Position numbers and translations under genes: made by a program. 64,000 nt of DNA, from positions 30,690,001-30,754,000 of the forward strand of contig NC_043009.1 in the NCBI RefSeq assembly GCF_006345805.1, in the 5' to 3' direction. Source of the DNA: Octopus sinensis. Lineage: Eukaryota. Shown in pieces: positions 12,299-26,191 of this stretch (within the stretch, counting starts at the first letter, position 1; every line of letters starts with the position of its first letter). Under the pieces are notes generated by a model. It did no database searches. It was given only the letters and a program-made list of their open reading frames with translations, and was not told the origin of the DNA.

Positions 12299-12610
12299 GT
12301 CACGTGGCTTAGTAGTTAGGGGATTCGTAAGGTTGGGAGTTCAATTCCCGGTCAATTCCCGGCGACGCGTTGTTTCCATGAGCAAGGCACTTTATTTCAC
12401 GTTGCTCCAGTCCACTCAGCTGGCAAGAATGAGTAGTACCTGTATTTCGAAGGGCCAGCCATGACACACTCTGTGTCACACTGAATCTCCCTGAGAACTA
12501 CATTAAAGGTACACGTACCTGTAGAGTGCTCATCCACTTGCACATTAATTTCACGAGCAAGCTGTTCTGTTGATTGTATCAGCTGCGACTCATAACCAAC
12601 GGAGTGCTCC
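12299..12610 (+). mobile_element. tRNA-derived SINE, family C
   Basis: TGGCTTAGTAG A-box-like and GGAGTTCAATTCC B-box-like motifs; body CTCCAGTCCACTCAGCTGGCA..CTCCCTGAGAACTAC; homologue at 34895-35135 (-). Confidence 0.8.
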
Positions 12611-14162
12611 TTTCTTTTATTGTATTTGCAGATTCTTAATTCCTGCTTCGTGGTATTTTCAGATTTGATCTATCTTCCCAGCAGCTCGCTGCCACACATC
12701 AATATTGTTTGGCACTGGTGCTGCAGTATTATTATTTATTTATTTATTATAGTTTATTGCGCTGATTTTGATCGAGTCATAACACCCTCTCTGGTTATGC
12801 GCTGGAATGCAATCCGTCTATATATTTTTCTTTGGTAGTATACTGGTTAATTCATGCTAACTATAACTAATAGACAGAATATAAAATAACAATAAAAATT
12901 AGATGTTGTTTAATACTTCTTTCACCTTAGCACAACTCCTTTGATTTCAAAGAATCATAACATCAACCCACTCTTTCATTACTACCCTGAAAGACATCGA
13001 GAGGGCTTCTATAATATATGACAGGTCAATCCCCAAGTACTCGTAAACAAAAATCGCTCGAATGATTGCCTTCGCATTTAGCAAAAATTATAAGGAGACA
13101 TATGATCTTTTCTCAATTACACTTAAATTGACAGGATGGCTATAGCTGGGACTTCCATGACTATACGTCGACGTGATCATTGTTCATTTGTAGATAAATG
13201 ATAAGCATTAACAGAAACTGGTCATCGTTCAATGAAAAATATTTTTTAAAGCGGATAACTTGACGAGGAAGCCATTTAACTCTGCTTGACTGTTAGAAAA
13301 AGTAAAAAGAAACACTATGAAAAATCTTACAACATCTTATTTTTTTTTTATCAATAGGCAGATTCCAGACTCACTTATACCTGAAAACATATCAAAACTC
13401 TAACTTTAACCATAATCTTAACCCTAAAATTAAGCCTAATACTTACTTTAGAACTCTCCCTAAAGCTAGACATAACAGTCTACAAGTAAGTCTGATCAAT
13501 GAAAGCTGAAGTCTGGACCTCAATAGGATCAACAAGTACAACACCAACATATCAAAAAAATACATAAATTTGTTCGTTTTGAGAATGAAAACGAAAATGT
13601 TTCGTGCAATTGTTCCTCTTCCGAGGAAGAATATCATAGCTTGTTGTTGTCTTGGTTGTAAAATTGCACCTAACTTTCAATAATAAATTTCATTCAATAT
13701 AATTACTTCCAGCTAGAAATATTAACTAAACTAAATTATATTTCTGCTGAAATCTACAGATTTATCTGAATGTCTGATATTTATTTCGTACATTTCACTA
13801 CAAACTGTTCTTGAATATATGACGAAGGAGACGGCAAAGATAACGACGATGGTGATCTTTCTGACGTTGTTCAGATGTTTATTTTATTATTTATTTAAAC
13901 ATTAAGAATAAATTTGTTGCTTTTTATATTTATATGTATTATTTCGTATTACATTTCTGTTTTTAATGGGACAGTTATGCCTCCTAGTTTCACAGAAATC
14001 ATAAATTATTTTCACTTCCTTATAAACTGGCTGTTTCACCGTTGGACGTTACTTTGTTGCAGATACAGATACCTTTGATGAGTTTCCATTCGAGATACAT
14101 CTTTATGTGTGAGGGTATGTTTGTGTGGGTATGGATATATGTAATTATAGGTGTGTCCGCGC

Positions 14163-14235
<73 letters not shown>

Positions 14236-14892
14236 TATTATATATATATATATATAATATATATATATATATACATGTAAATATATCTATTGATTTATCA
14301 ATCTTATATATGTATATATATACACACACACATGAATCTGCTTGTGTATAAATGTATGAATTCTTGTATGCATTGTAATTATATACGATGTGTGTTAAGT
14401 GTATATGTGCATCTACTCAAATTTCTTTTATTTCTATATCGTATGTTCGTATGTTAGGTGTTTTTATTTTATTTTTCTCCTTGAAGCATCCACAAGTATA
14501 TTTGGGTCTAGGACATCCTGTATTCCACCATAAAACGTGACCAATAACACAGCCATTTGCTTTTTAATCTAATAAGAATCAGTTCAGTTGAATATATTTT
14601 CAATAAGTCCTTTGAAAAAATGCCGCCGCCGATCTCAGCAAAAAGGAAACATATTATTGCTGACAGTAAGCTGTTTCGGATGCACACACATAGACATATA
14701 TATAAGCACTCCCATAAATATACTTACGCACATAAAGTGTAAGATATAAAATAAAAATTATATATACACACAGACACACATATTTCAGTACATTTCAATA
14801 TGTACATGTGTGTACGTGTATGTACATATCTACACACGTACACACACATATATATAGTTATATATATATATAGGTGTATGTTTGTATTTATG

Positions 14893-14934
<42 letters not shown>

Positions 14935-15536
14935 TGCATATATATATATACATATATGTGTGTGTATGTATATATGTATATATCTGTGTGCTCGTTCTTG
15001 TGGAGTACGTGTATATATGAGTGTGTGTATATATTGAACGGATATGTAATAAAACATTCTATTTATTTGCTAGAAGCCAAGTGAATCATGCGAAAATTTT
15101 TACTGTTTATTTTCAAAATTACTTTTTAAAAAATTTGTTCCAAAATGGGCAAAAATTATTCATTAAAGAATTCTCAACATATCTTTGGTATTTTATAGAT
15201 GCGTAGGATGGGTGAGGCAGGGGAAAGAGACAGTAGAGGGAAATATAGACTAGTGAGAACGATAACTACAGTAATACTAATAAAACCAATATTCTTTCGC
15301 TTTCGCTAAAACGACTACTCGTGCCAATACATCTATTACTACTACAACTTAATAATAATAATAATGATAATAATAATAATTGATTAAAACGTAAGAAGCG
15401 ATCAAACGGCATGGTAAAAATGCCTATTCATAAAAATGTCTAAGTACTAAATGGTAAAAGTAAGATGTATCTCTCTCTCTTTATACACACACACACATAT
15501 ATACAGACGAATGGGCTGTCTACCTTTTTGTGATTG

Positions 15537-15572
<36 letters not shown>

Positions 15573-15724
15573 GCGCATGACTCGCTTTCTGGTTAGTAGC
15601 CTGCATACCAACCACAAGGTTCCGGGTTCAGTCCCACTGCGTGGCACCTTGGGTAATTGTCTTCTACAAAAAGGCTTGTGAGTAGATTTGGTAGACGGAA
15701 ACTGAACGAAGCCCGTCATATATA

Positions 15725-15768
<44 letters not shown>

Positions 15769-15770
<2 letters not shown>

Positions 15771-15959
15771 AATATAATATGTGACAATTATTCGGGAGCC
15801 ATGATAGAACTCCGAGTTTCGAATGTCGAAGCGGAAACCCACACCAACATCTCTTCAGTTATCGGGCCATCGATAAAATGGCCCGACAACTGAAGAGATG
15901 CTGGCGTGCGTTTCTGAGTTTTATCATGGCAACCAAATAACTGTCACATATTATATTTA
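15769..15959. repeat. ~190 bp imperfect palindrome (inverted PLE pseudo-LTR-type remnant)
   Basis: Arms TAAATATAATATGTGACA..ATCTCTTCAGTTATCGGGCCAT / ATGGCCCGACAACTGAAGAGAT..TGTCACATATTATATTTA with 7 nt loop CGATAAA; right arm lacks ~20 nt. Confidence 0.9.
15803..15863 (-). ncRNA. Type I minimal hammerhead ribozyme motif
   Basis: Minus: GATAA CTGAAGA GATGTTG..CGACATTC GAAAC TCGGA GTT CTATC; intact CUGAAGA and GAAA cores, palindromic stem III, one stem I mismatch. Confidence 0.6.
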
Positions 15960-16266
15960 TACATAAATTCCTCTATTTACATAATATTAGTTGTTTTGCC
16001 ATTTCTATCAATATATATATGTGTGCGTGCGTACGTTTTTGTGTTTTTCAGCCCCATCATTGCTTGACAACCAATGTTGATGTGTTTATGTCCCTGTAAC
16101 TTAGTGGTTCAGCGAAAGAGACTGATAAAAGAAGTACTACGTTTACAAAGAATAAGTCCTTGTGTTGATTTGTTTGACTAAAGGTTGTGCTCCAGCATGG
16201 TCGCAGTCAAATGACTGATAAAATAAAACAAATATATTTATGTATATAAATATGTATGTATATGTG

Positions 16267-16314
<48 letters not shown>

Positions 16315-16317
16315 CCC

Positions 16318-16722
16318 TTTTACTCTTTTACTTGTTTCAGTCATTTGACTGTGGCCATGCTGGAGCACCGCCTTTAGTCGAACAAATCGACCCCAGAACT
16401 TCTTCTTTTGTAAGCACTGTACTTATTCTATCGGTCTCTTTTGCCGAACCGCTAAGTAACGCGGACATAAACACACCAGCATCGGTTGTTAAGAAATGCT
16501 AGGGGGACAAACACAGACACACAAACACACACACGCATATATATATATACATATATACGACTGGCTTCATTCAGTTTAAGTCTACTAAATCCACTCACAA
16601 GGCTTTGGTTGGCCCGAGGCTATAGTAGAAGACACTTGCCCAAGATACCACGCAGTGGGACTGAACCCGGAACCATGTGGTTGGTAAGCAAGCTACTTAC
16701 CACACAGCCACTCCTGTGCCTA
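16318..16722 (-). mobile_element. tRNA-derived SINE, family A, near full length
   Basis: Minus: head GGCACAGGAGTGGCTGTGTGGTAAG..GGTTCCGGGTTCAGTCCC, central TA/CA repeat, tail ..CAGTCAAATGACTGAAACAAGTAAAAAG. Confidence 0.9.
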
Positions 16723-18442
16723 TATATATATATAGATATACATATATATATACTCAGATGTAGATATATATATTTATATATTTGTCTGTGTAGTGCTAGA
16801 AATTTTTGAGAATCGGTACACTATCGATTGTAACAGTTAGGTGAAATTGCTGCTCTATTTTAATTTTTATAAAAAGGAATAAATATAAATATACATAAAT
16901 ATAAAAATATATAAATAATACATAAAAGGAAAAAATATGCAAGTTCTGAGATAATTATTATAAAAATAAACAAATTTGTAAAAGTACGAAAATTAAAAAA
17001 TATTGAACATATTTCATTATTGGATTTATTTTATTTTAAATATATTTTACAAATAGATTATACGAATCTATGTGAACTTTAATTTATTCAAGCTCACAAC
17101 ATTTATATATGTGATCACACATACACACCTACATGCTCACACACGTGTGTGTGTGTGTGTGTGTGTGTGTTGATGCAGAAGCATGAAGTACAAGAAAACT
17201 TGGTCGCAAAAATCTACACGAATTGAACCAGTGAAAAAGGAACACGGAGGTGGCAAAACTGTCCAATTCTTAAAGAGTGAGACTCTGGCTGTCTGAAAAC
17301 ATCCAATACAAATTAAGAGACTTTATCTATCCAAACTAATAAAAAAATCTAAGAACAAAAATTGAATGTCTGTATGCAATTAAAGGAGCATATTTGAAAT
17401 CAAAGCAGCACCAACTCTCCCCTTTTGTGTATGTGTGTGTACACAGAAAATTATTTATGCATTACTTCCTCCTGTTGTAAAGGGATTATGTGCCTTCAGC
17501 CATTTAAGTCTGACCAGTCACCTATACCTCTAAGTAGATTTTAAGTGCGGAAACCAATGTCCACTCTATATGTCTCTATCACTAGCTATAACTTTGAACT
17601 TCATATGTTCTAGCTTAAGAAGACTAATCAAATTTACGATATCAAACGTATTTGAAGAGTCAGAAACCTAGGTACTAGATTATCTGATTCTGGGTTGACC
17701 ATTTATCTAATGTTCTCCCTAGAGGTAAGAAAAAATTCTTTACGTTTGCTGCCCTTACACGTCTTTGCCAGTATATACGCAGTGAAGCTTTACTATAGCG
17801 TCGTAAATTTATCGACTGCTATTTCCAGTAAACATTTAATGCCTTGTCGTACCACTACTCTATATGTGTGTGTATGCATCTATGTATGTAAATATGTGTA
17901 TGTTATATGTTTTGTATTATATATACATATTTACACTCAGAAGGATTGATAGATATACCCACACACATATTTCTCATATGTATTTGTGTGCAAGCATCTA
18001 AACTGCGACACCAGAAACGTGCTGGAAATGGTCATTACCCTTTAACTTCTACAACACCTTTAATGCACTTTTCCTCACGATGAATCTTAGTATGTTTTTC
18101 ATAAGGCAAATTATTATGACAACAGTGAGCCAACTTGTGACTAAATACCGAATACAGGTCTCCATAGACTTCTCCTTGACCTCGGCATGCATTCAACTAT
18201 ATCTAGCAGGAAAACCTATCTAAACCACCTCAGTATATGAATTGTCTTCTATCATATTATTAATTTTTAAACGCTTCCCTTAAATACATAATGTGCCCTT
18301 TGCTTAGGTTATCTCAGAGTTTGCAGAACTTTTTTAACCAATTGCCCCAAAATATATTTATTTACGCAAACGTTAACCCTTAGATTTGAAAGGAAGAAAA
18401 TTATAGATTCTTTGAATTCAAAAGGTTTATTGAATCTTTTTT

Positions 18443-18646
18443 TCTTGTTTCAGTCATTTGACTATGGCCATGCTGGAGCACTGCCTTTAGTCGAGCAAAT
18501 CGACCCCAGGACTTATTCTTTGTAAGCCTAGTACTTATTCTATTGGTCTCTTTTGCCAAACCGCTAAGTTACGGGGAAGCAAACACACCAGCATCGGTTG
18601 TCAAGCGATGTTGGAGGGACAAACACAGACACAGACACACACACAA

Positions 18647-18694
<48 letters not shown>

Positions 18695-18840
18695 GACAGG
18701 CTTCTTTCAGTTTTCCGTCTACCAAATCCACCCACAAGACTTTGGTCGAGCCGAGGTTATAGTAGAAGACACTTGCCCAAGGTGCCACGCAGTTGGACTG
18801 AACCCAGAACCATGTGGTTGGTAAACAAGCTACTTACCAC
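18443..18840 (-). mobile_element. tRNA-derived SINE, family A
   Basis: Colinear and highly similar to 16318-16722. Confidence 0.9.
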
Positions 18841-19219
18841 ATTCATTACGTTGGGCAGATGGGGTGGTGCCAGCAGAAATATTTCTGTCGCAACAAGGAA
18901 CATGCTTTCAGATAATTTTACTTAAGTCTAATGACATCACATTACCTCCAATAATTTCCTTTTTACCCCACTTCGGGTAATTTACCACGGTTCACTGACC
19001 CCTGGGTTATCTCTTACGTTTTCTCCTGAAAACTACAAAACTATATTCCGACATTTCTAATCACACCCATTGATATGCATTTGTCACTCATAACTCCTCG
19101 TTCATCTTGGTCATACACATGTAAATTTTTCTTCATACAGACTTCACAGTAAACTTTCACAGATATCTCAAAAACAAGTTTCACTGCTTACATGGGGATA
19201 TTTTTGGCTCAAACAACAC

Positions 19220-20362
19220 GAACACCCTCCCCTGATACTGACTTGGTCACCTAGGTAACGGAAGCTACCAACTACTTCTAGATTTTCTCCCTGGAATGTG
19301 GCAGAAGTTGTTCTCTGCACATTTTCTGTGATTATTGAGTATCTGCCACATACAAAAACTATCTTCCTAGTTAGCCTTCCTTTGACATTGCTGCACCTCT
19401 TATGTGTCCACAGCTTACATTGGGTACATCTTACAGAGTTTCTACCTACGCCTTTTCTACAGATTGAGCAGGGCCACCTACCTGAAGGGATCTGGGGTTT
19501 GTCTGCCTTCCTAATTATTAGGACTTTGATTTTAGTTAGCTTGACTCTAAGGCCCTTTGATTCTAATCCTTGCTTCCACTTCTGAAACTTCTCTTCTAGT
19601 TCTGATAGTGACACAGCAATGAGAGCAAGGCCGTCAGCATAGAGGAACTCCCAGGGGCATCCTGTCTTGAATACCTCTTCTATCTTGACCCCTACCTCTA
19701 TCCGGAATTCTTCACTGTACTTGTTGCCAACCTTCACCTTACTGACAGCGGTCCTGTACATGGCTTGCACAGCTCTCACTAACCATTCATCTATTCCTAG
19801 ATTCCTCATTGACCACCAGATAAGGGATTGAGGAACCCTGTTAAAGGCTTTCTCCATGTCAATAAAAGCCAGGTACAGAGGTTTATCTTTGGTTATATAT
19901 TTCTCCTGCAGCTGTCTTACCAGAAATATAGCATCAGTGGTGCTTTTCTCTGGCACGAACCTAAACTGCATATCATCTAAACTGACTTTCTCCCTAATTA
20001 GTTGGGCTATGACCCTCTCTATGACCTTCATTAACTGATCCAACAGCTTGATACTTTTACATTTTAGCTGTTGACTATGGTGATGCTACACCAGTCATTA
20101 GATATGACTCCGTGTATCAGCTGGTGTACCATACTGGTGACTAGGCTATAGCCAACACCGCCAGAAATTTTGAGCATCTCTACAGTGATTCCTGATGGGC
20201 CGGGGGCTTTCCCTGTCTTCAGACTCTTAATTTCTTTATCTACCAAGGTACTGTCAATTTGGATAGCTGGTTCCTCTCTTGGGTCAACATTCATCAGACT
20301 TTCTTTCTCCCATTCATTCTTTTTACTGAGGAACCTTTCATAGTGGTGTCTCCAAACCTCCC
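19220..20362 (-). pseudogene. RTE LINE reverse transcriptase fragment with a PHD-like finger
   Basis: ORF 19168-20043: QFRFVPEKSTTDAIF, LYLAFIDMEKAFNRVP, LYADG (YADD degraded), CSIC..CTQC..HKRC..CGRY, FRYLGD; upstream ORF 20064-20294 has KTGKAPGPSGI. Confidence 0.93.
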
Positions 20363-20395
20363 TACTTCTTCATATATATATATCCATATAAATAT

Positions 20396-20436
<41 letters not shown>

Positions 20437-21018
20437 TTATATATATATATATTTACACACACAGAGACGGGCAGAAAGACGGAAAATGTGCTTTGTATTT
20501 GAATACACTTCAAATATTCTTTAAAAAATCGTTTCATTTAATTTTTTCAAAATTTAATTCTTTTCCATACTTAAAGTTGAAAAAGTCGCACTGACTGAAA
20601 CCGATACTGAAATGTTTTTTATGATAAAATTATTTTAGTATTTTCTACCTTGACTTTTTTTCCTTATGTAAATACATACATACATATATATATATATATA
20701 TGTATACACACACACTTGTGTGTAATTATGCAGGAATAACGTACATACATATTGGAAAGTTGAATGGTCTCAGTGATTAGTATGTTCATTCTGAGGGGGA
20801 AGCATGGGATCGAGTCATAAACACGAGTGATATTCCCTATGAGATACTGCAATATATGCCCCTCCTCTCAATAAAATTATTAGTCTCCGTATAGATGGAA
20901 CTCCTTCATTCTTTGACAAAGTCTTACCCTGGTGATTCTATATTCTGTGTACTTCATTCATTTATATGCATCAACACACGCACATGCACAAATGTGTGTG
21001 TCTAGTGTGTGTGTTTAC

Positions 21019-21108
<90 letters not shown>

Positions 21109-21822
21109 CTATATATATATATATATATAATATATATATATACATATATATAAACATACATATATTATATATATATGGGCATGCAAAGAAATATATGTAC
21201 ATATAGATATGCACATATGGAGTATATGTATGTGTGCATATGTGTGTATATCTGTATGTATATATGTGTGTATATCCCTATGTGTGCGTGTGTGTACGTG
21301 ATAAAGTGTGTTTTTCAGGGCAAGTGAGTGGGTGTATATGTCTATTTTGGTTATGTATCATCTGTTCATTAAAAGTTGGCAGCCATTGATATAAATATAA
21401 TGACAATGCCATCTAAGCAAATGGTTATATGAATTTGATAGCTGGCTAAATTTATTAATCCTGGAGATAAAAGGTTTGTGAATAATAACATTAATATCAT
21501 TTACAAACATCACATATCAATATAATGAACACGCACACTCATATACACACACGGAGAAACATTCCTGCATTTAGATATATATATAATGTGATTCTTTGAT
21601 CTCTGCAGAGTGCAAGTGAAGAAACGCTGGAGGTATTCTTCATGGAAAATTTCTGCATGTCTTTGCACATGTGTCTGCAGATAATTTCATGAACAGTTGC
21701 ATCTATAAATTTTATTAATAGTGCTATATTTTTATTTTGCATACATATATACATAAATGCATGTGTGTACGTCTGTGTGTGTGTGTATGCATATATATAT
21801 ATATATATGTATATACATACAC

Positions 21823-21861
<39 letters not shown>

Positions 21862-21989
21862 TATATCAATAGACGTATGTATTTTTCCCTTAACACAGAA
21901 AAAATAGATAAATAGTTACCAGGGTAGCAAAAAATCACACAAGTAAAAATGTTGTAACTCCTTGTTTTTAAAGGTAGAAACTCTGGGTT

Positions 21990-23089
21990 TACGTAAAATG
22001 TTTTGTATAATATAAATAAATAAATAAATAAATAGAGTTAAACACACGTGTTATTCAAATTCTTTTACTTCTGACACGTTTCGAAGATATCACTGGTATT
22101 ATTCCAAATGTATACGATGGTGTAAAATAATGTAATCTTCTCTTCAGGGAAATGAAGAAATGAAACTCATCAATAAGACATTTTAACAGAATATGATGGA
22201 TATGTATAGTGATTAATTGAATGCTATTAAGTTTTAAAAAAACGTTAGAGGATATAACGTCAAAGGTAGCCTATAAAAAGAAGAGCAGTAAAGGAAAGAA
22301 AAAAACCAAATAAATGAGAAGTATATAACGATATGTAAAATTAAATAAAACCCTAAAGTCTTAGAAAAAGATATATCTAGTAGATGGGAAATGTAAGAAG
22401 AAAATTAATGTTTAAATTACATATAATGATAGATATCACCTGTATGAACTAAAGGTTTGTTTCTGCCAATGTTTAGATCAGTATGCACGCTCTTTAACCG
22501 TGTTTACAAGGGTATTTTTAGAAAAAAGAATAAAAAATAGTTCAGAATTACAGAGAAGACAGAATTCCTTGCCTTTATCATAAGATATCAAAATTGAGTG
22601 ACAACCAATCTAAATTAAATTGTTTATTCTTGTATTTTAGATACCAAATTAATTTCCTAAGCCCTGTATTGTTACGTTTATTCCTATCCCTAAATGTAGA
22701 GTAATTATTAGAAATTATTTTAGATAACTGAGAAGATGAGCTACCTATTTTAAAAAATACTTTATTACCAGAAGTAATTTTACACTGGTATATAAAAATT
22801 TTAATTTTAGAGTTACTTGACATAAACTTGGTTCTGTTGTAATTGACTTCAGAGACAATAACCTCGTTATTAATATTTCTAGGAGGATGGATGGTATTAG
22901 CTAAATTAATGTTAGTATTAGTAAATGTATCCCTATTTAACAGGCTAATACTATGTGAGGAGATAATTTGTAAGAGATTTTTTGTGTTGGAAAAACCAAT
23001 CCTAAACATGTGTGAGTTGATAATAGAATAATGCCTAGAATTCTTCGGAAAATTCCTAATAATGGCTTCACGAAACTGCAAAGGAAGAT

Positions 23090-23090
<1 letters not shown>
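21990..23090 (-). mobile_element. Penelope-like element 3' remnant: linker plus GIY-YIG endonuclease (possibly Naiad-like clade) and 3' pseudo-LTR
   Basis: ORF 22578-23081: RNFPKNSRHYSIIN..IGFSNTKNLLQIISSH..IFIYQCKI..FFKIGSS..TFRDRNKRNNTGLRKLIWYLK; after a frameshift YDKGKEFCLLCNSELFFIL..KH (CxLCxxE motif). Confidence 0.8.
22068..22152 (-). ncRNA. Type I hammerhead motif in PLE 3' pseudo-LTR
   Basis: Minus: TTTCC CTGAAGA GAAGAT-(46 nt)-ATCTTC GAAAC GT GTC AGAAG; 6 bp stem II with G10.1-C11.1, GUC site, same strand as the endonuclease. Confidence 0.65.
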
Positions 23091-23122
<32 letters not shown>

Positions 23123-23130
23123 TATATATA

Positions 23131-24048
<918 letters not shown>

Positions 24049-24570
24049 TTACTTACACACACACACACACACACATGTATTTACATATATTTTTTCACAC
24101 ATTCTTTTGTAAAAAGCCTGATCCTTCGACGTTGCTGTAGAGACCACTTGCCCAAGGTACCTCACTGTGGGAGAGAGTACATGGTTACATAGCAGCAAGA
24201 GAGAGAGAGAGCTTGAGCTTTAACTACAGAAAACATTCTTGCACCCCTGTATTTATTATTTCCACAAAATGTACAACACTGAATTCTACAGATCCAACAT
24301 TTCATTTATAATTAACAGAGACACATGTCATCCAAAAACCTAGACATTATGATGCCATCGTTTCTAGATGTTACAAAACATTTCTTCGTAATAATTCTTA
24401 CGTATACAAAATATACATGTATTGTGTAACTCAGCACACACCAACTTCATACATTGCTTCACACAAATACATAGAAAGATACATACATGTTGGTATATAT
24501 CTATCTATCCTATCTATCTGTCGTCATTATACAACATGCATATACATATTCATATATATATATATACATA

Positions 24571-24609
<39 letters not shown>

Positions 24610-24776
24610 ATATACCAAGAATTGGAGTGTGCATGTATGTATATTGTTTATTCATGAATACTCTCTTTCAAGTGAAACATTCTATTCAATTCATTCCTTA
24701 GAGACCTTTTAAATAATATATTTATTGGGAAAAGTATGTATTTATCTTGTGTGCTTGTATATATATAATATATATA

Positions 24777-24831
<55 letters not shown>

Positions 24832-24880
24832 GAGAGAGAGAGATTGATAGATAGACAGACAGACAGACAAACATGCAGAC

Positions 24881-24924
<44 letters not shown>

Positions 24925-25859
24925 CATATATTCACATAACATACATGTATGTGTATATTTATGTAGATGCAAGTCTCAGTGTATTTGTTGTGGGTCTGCC
25001 TGTCTATACTGATCGATGCATTTGTGAGTGTGTGTGTGTCTTCATGTATAGGTTGTTATTCATGTGCACATGTGTGTACGAGCGTACATATAATCCATTT
25101 CCAATATAGATATATGAATAGCTATAATTAATACCCTCGTGCATGCTTGTATGCATTTCATTCCAGTTTCTCTCTGTGTGTTCAGTTTACAATGCAAATC
25201 GTATTTAAATGTCTCGCACAATGGGTTTCATATATGTATTTATAAACTCATTTATATATTATCTATGATATCGTAATGAGGGATTGTACTTAAATCTTTC
25301 TTTAAATCAATATTATTTAAAAATTTTTCACCTGCATCATAATCTTACTTGCCTAGCTACATGCATCTCATGCCATGTATGTTATGTCTATCTCTTGGAG
25401 ACACTAGTTTCGTGGTTTTCTTTGCGCATTGTTTCTCGCTAGATTTTGTCTGAAGCAGATCTTTAGGCATACAACACACGATATCATCTACAGCTGTGAT
25501 CCAATACGTCATGTTAGAAACTAGATTCAGCCTGAACTAGATATTGTAAGTTAAATGCCATCAACCGTTACTCAAGCCCCCGTTTCAGGAAAACCTTACA
25601 ACTAGCAACATATTTTGTGCTTCTTGTTCATTTCTATTCTTTTATCATTTTTCTTTTCTCTATTCATATGTCAGTGATGTGTGTGTGTGTGTTGTATGTG
25701 TGTGTTTCTGAATTCTCATACTCTGAATCTTGAGGTATTAAACTGTGTCTGCTGCATGCACACAGCTTATCTCCCTACAAAAACCGGATGCTCTCTATTA
25801 CAAGGATACAAACTAGAGAGAGGTAGACTGTATGGCCTTAGGGTATATACAAAGATAAG

Positions 25860-26015
25860 TACAGATGGGAGACAAAATGAAACTTGTTCGTGCAATCAGG
25901 GTAGGCAGAACACAAGATGGATTGATGAGATCAATAAGTTTACAGGAGTTACACTGATGAGAGCAACTTAGTGCATAGCTTGGAGAGGCTTTCCTTGAAG
26001 TGAGTAGATTAGTTG
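25860..26015 (+). mobile_element. Old RTE-like LINE 3' end fragment
   Basis: GRQNTRWIDEINKFTG..LGEAFL resembles the RTE C-terminal GRP.TRW.D..GEAF motif. Confidence 0.5.
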
Positions 26016-26191
26016 GATTCGAAATATATATATATACATCTATACAGACAGACAGACACACACACACAAACACACACACGGCATGTGTCGGTAGCCAGTT
26101 GGAAAATGTTTCCTGGTGCTAAAGAGTAGTAATAACGTCCTATGTAAAACTGCCACGTTGCGTTGGCAAACATACTTTACTATATATATAA

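Larger units (their letters stand above)
15570..16230 (+). mobile_element. tRNA-derived SINE, family A, with a palindromic element nested in its central microsatellite
   Basis: Head 15570-15720 (GGTTCCGGGTTCAGTCCCACTGCGTGGCACC) and 3' half 16021-16230 match the reverse complement of 16318-16722. Confidence 0.85.

Noticed and set aside
21595-21645. 24 bp micro-exon candidate (CTGCAG..GAG|GTATTC)
   Set aside because: Weak donor, no supporting neighbouring exons; expected by chance
22478-22480. In-frame TGA near the C-terminal His of the PLE endonuclease as possible selenocysteine
   Set aside because: Aligns one residue off the expected Cys, the copy is degraded with frameshifts, and no SECIS was recognised
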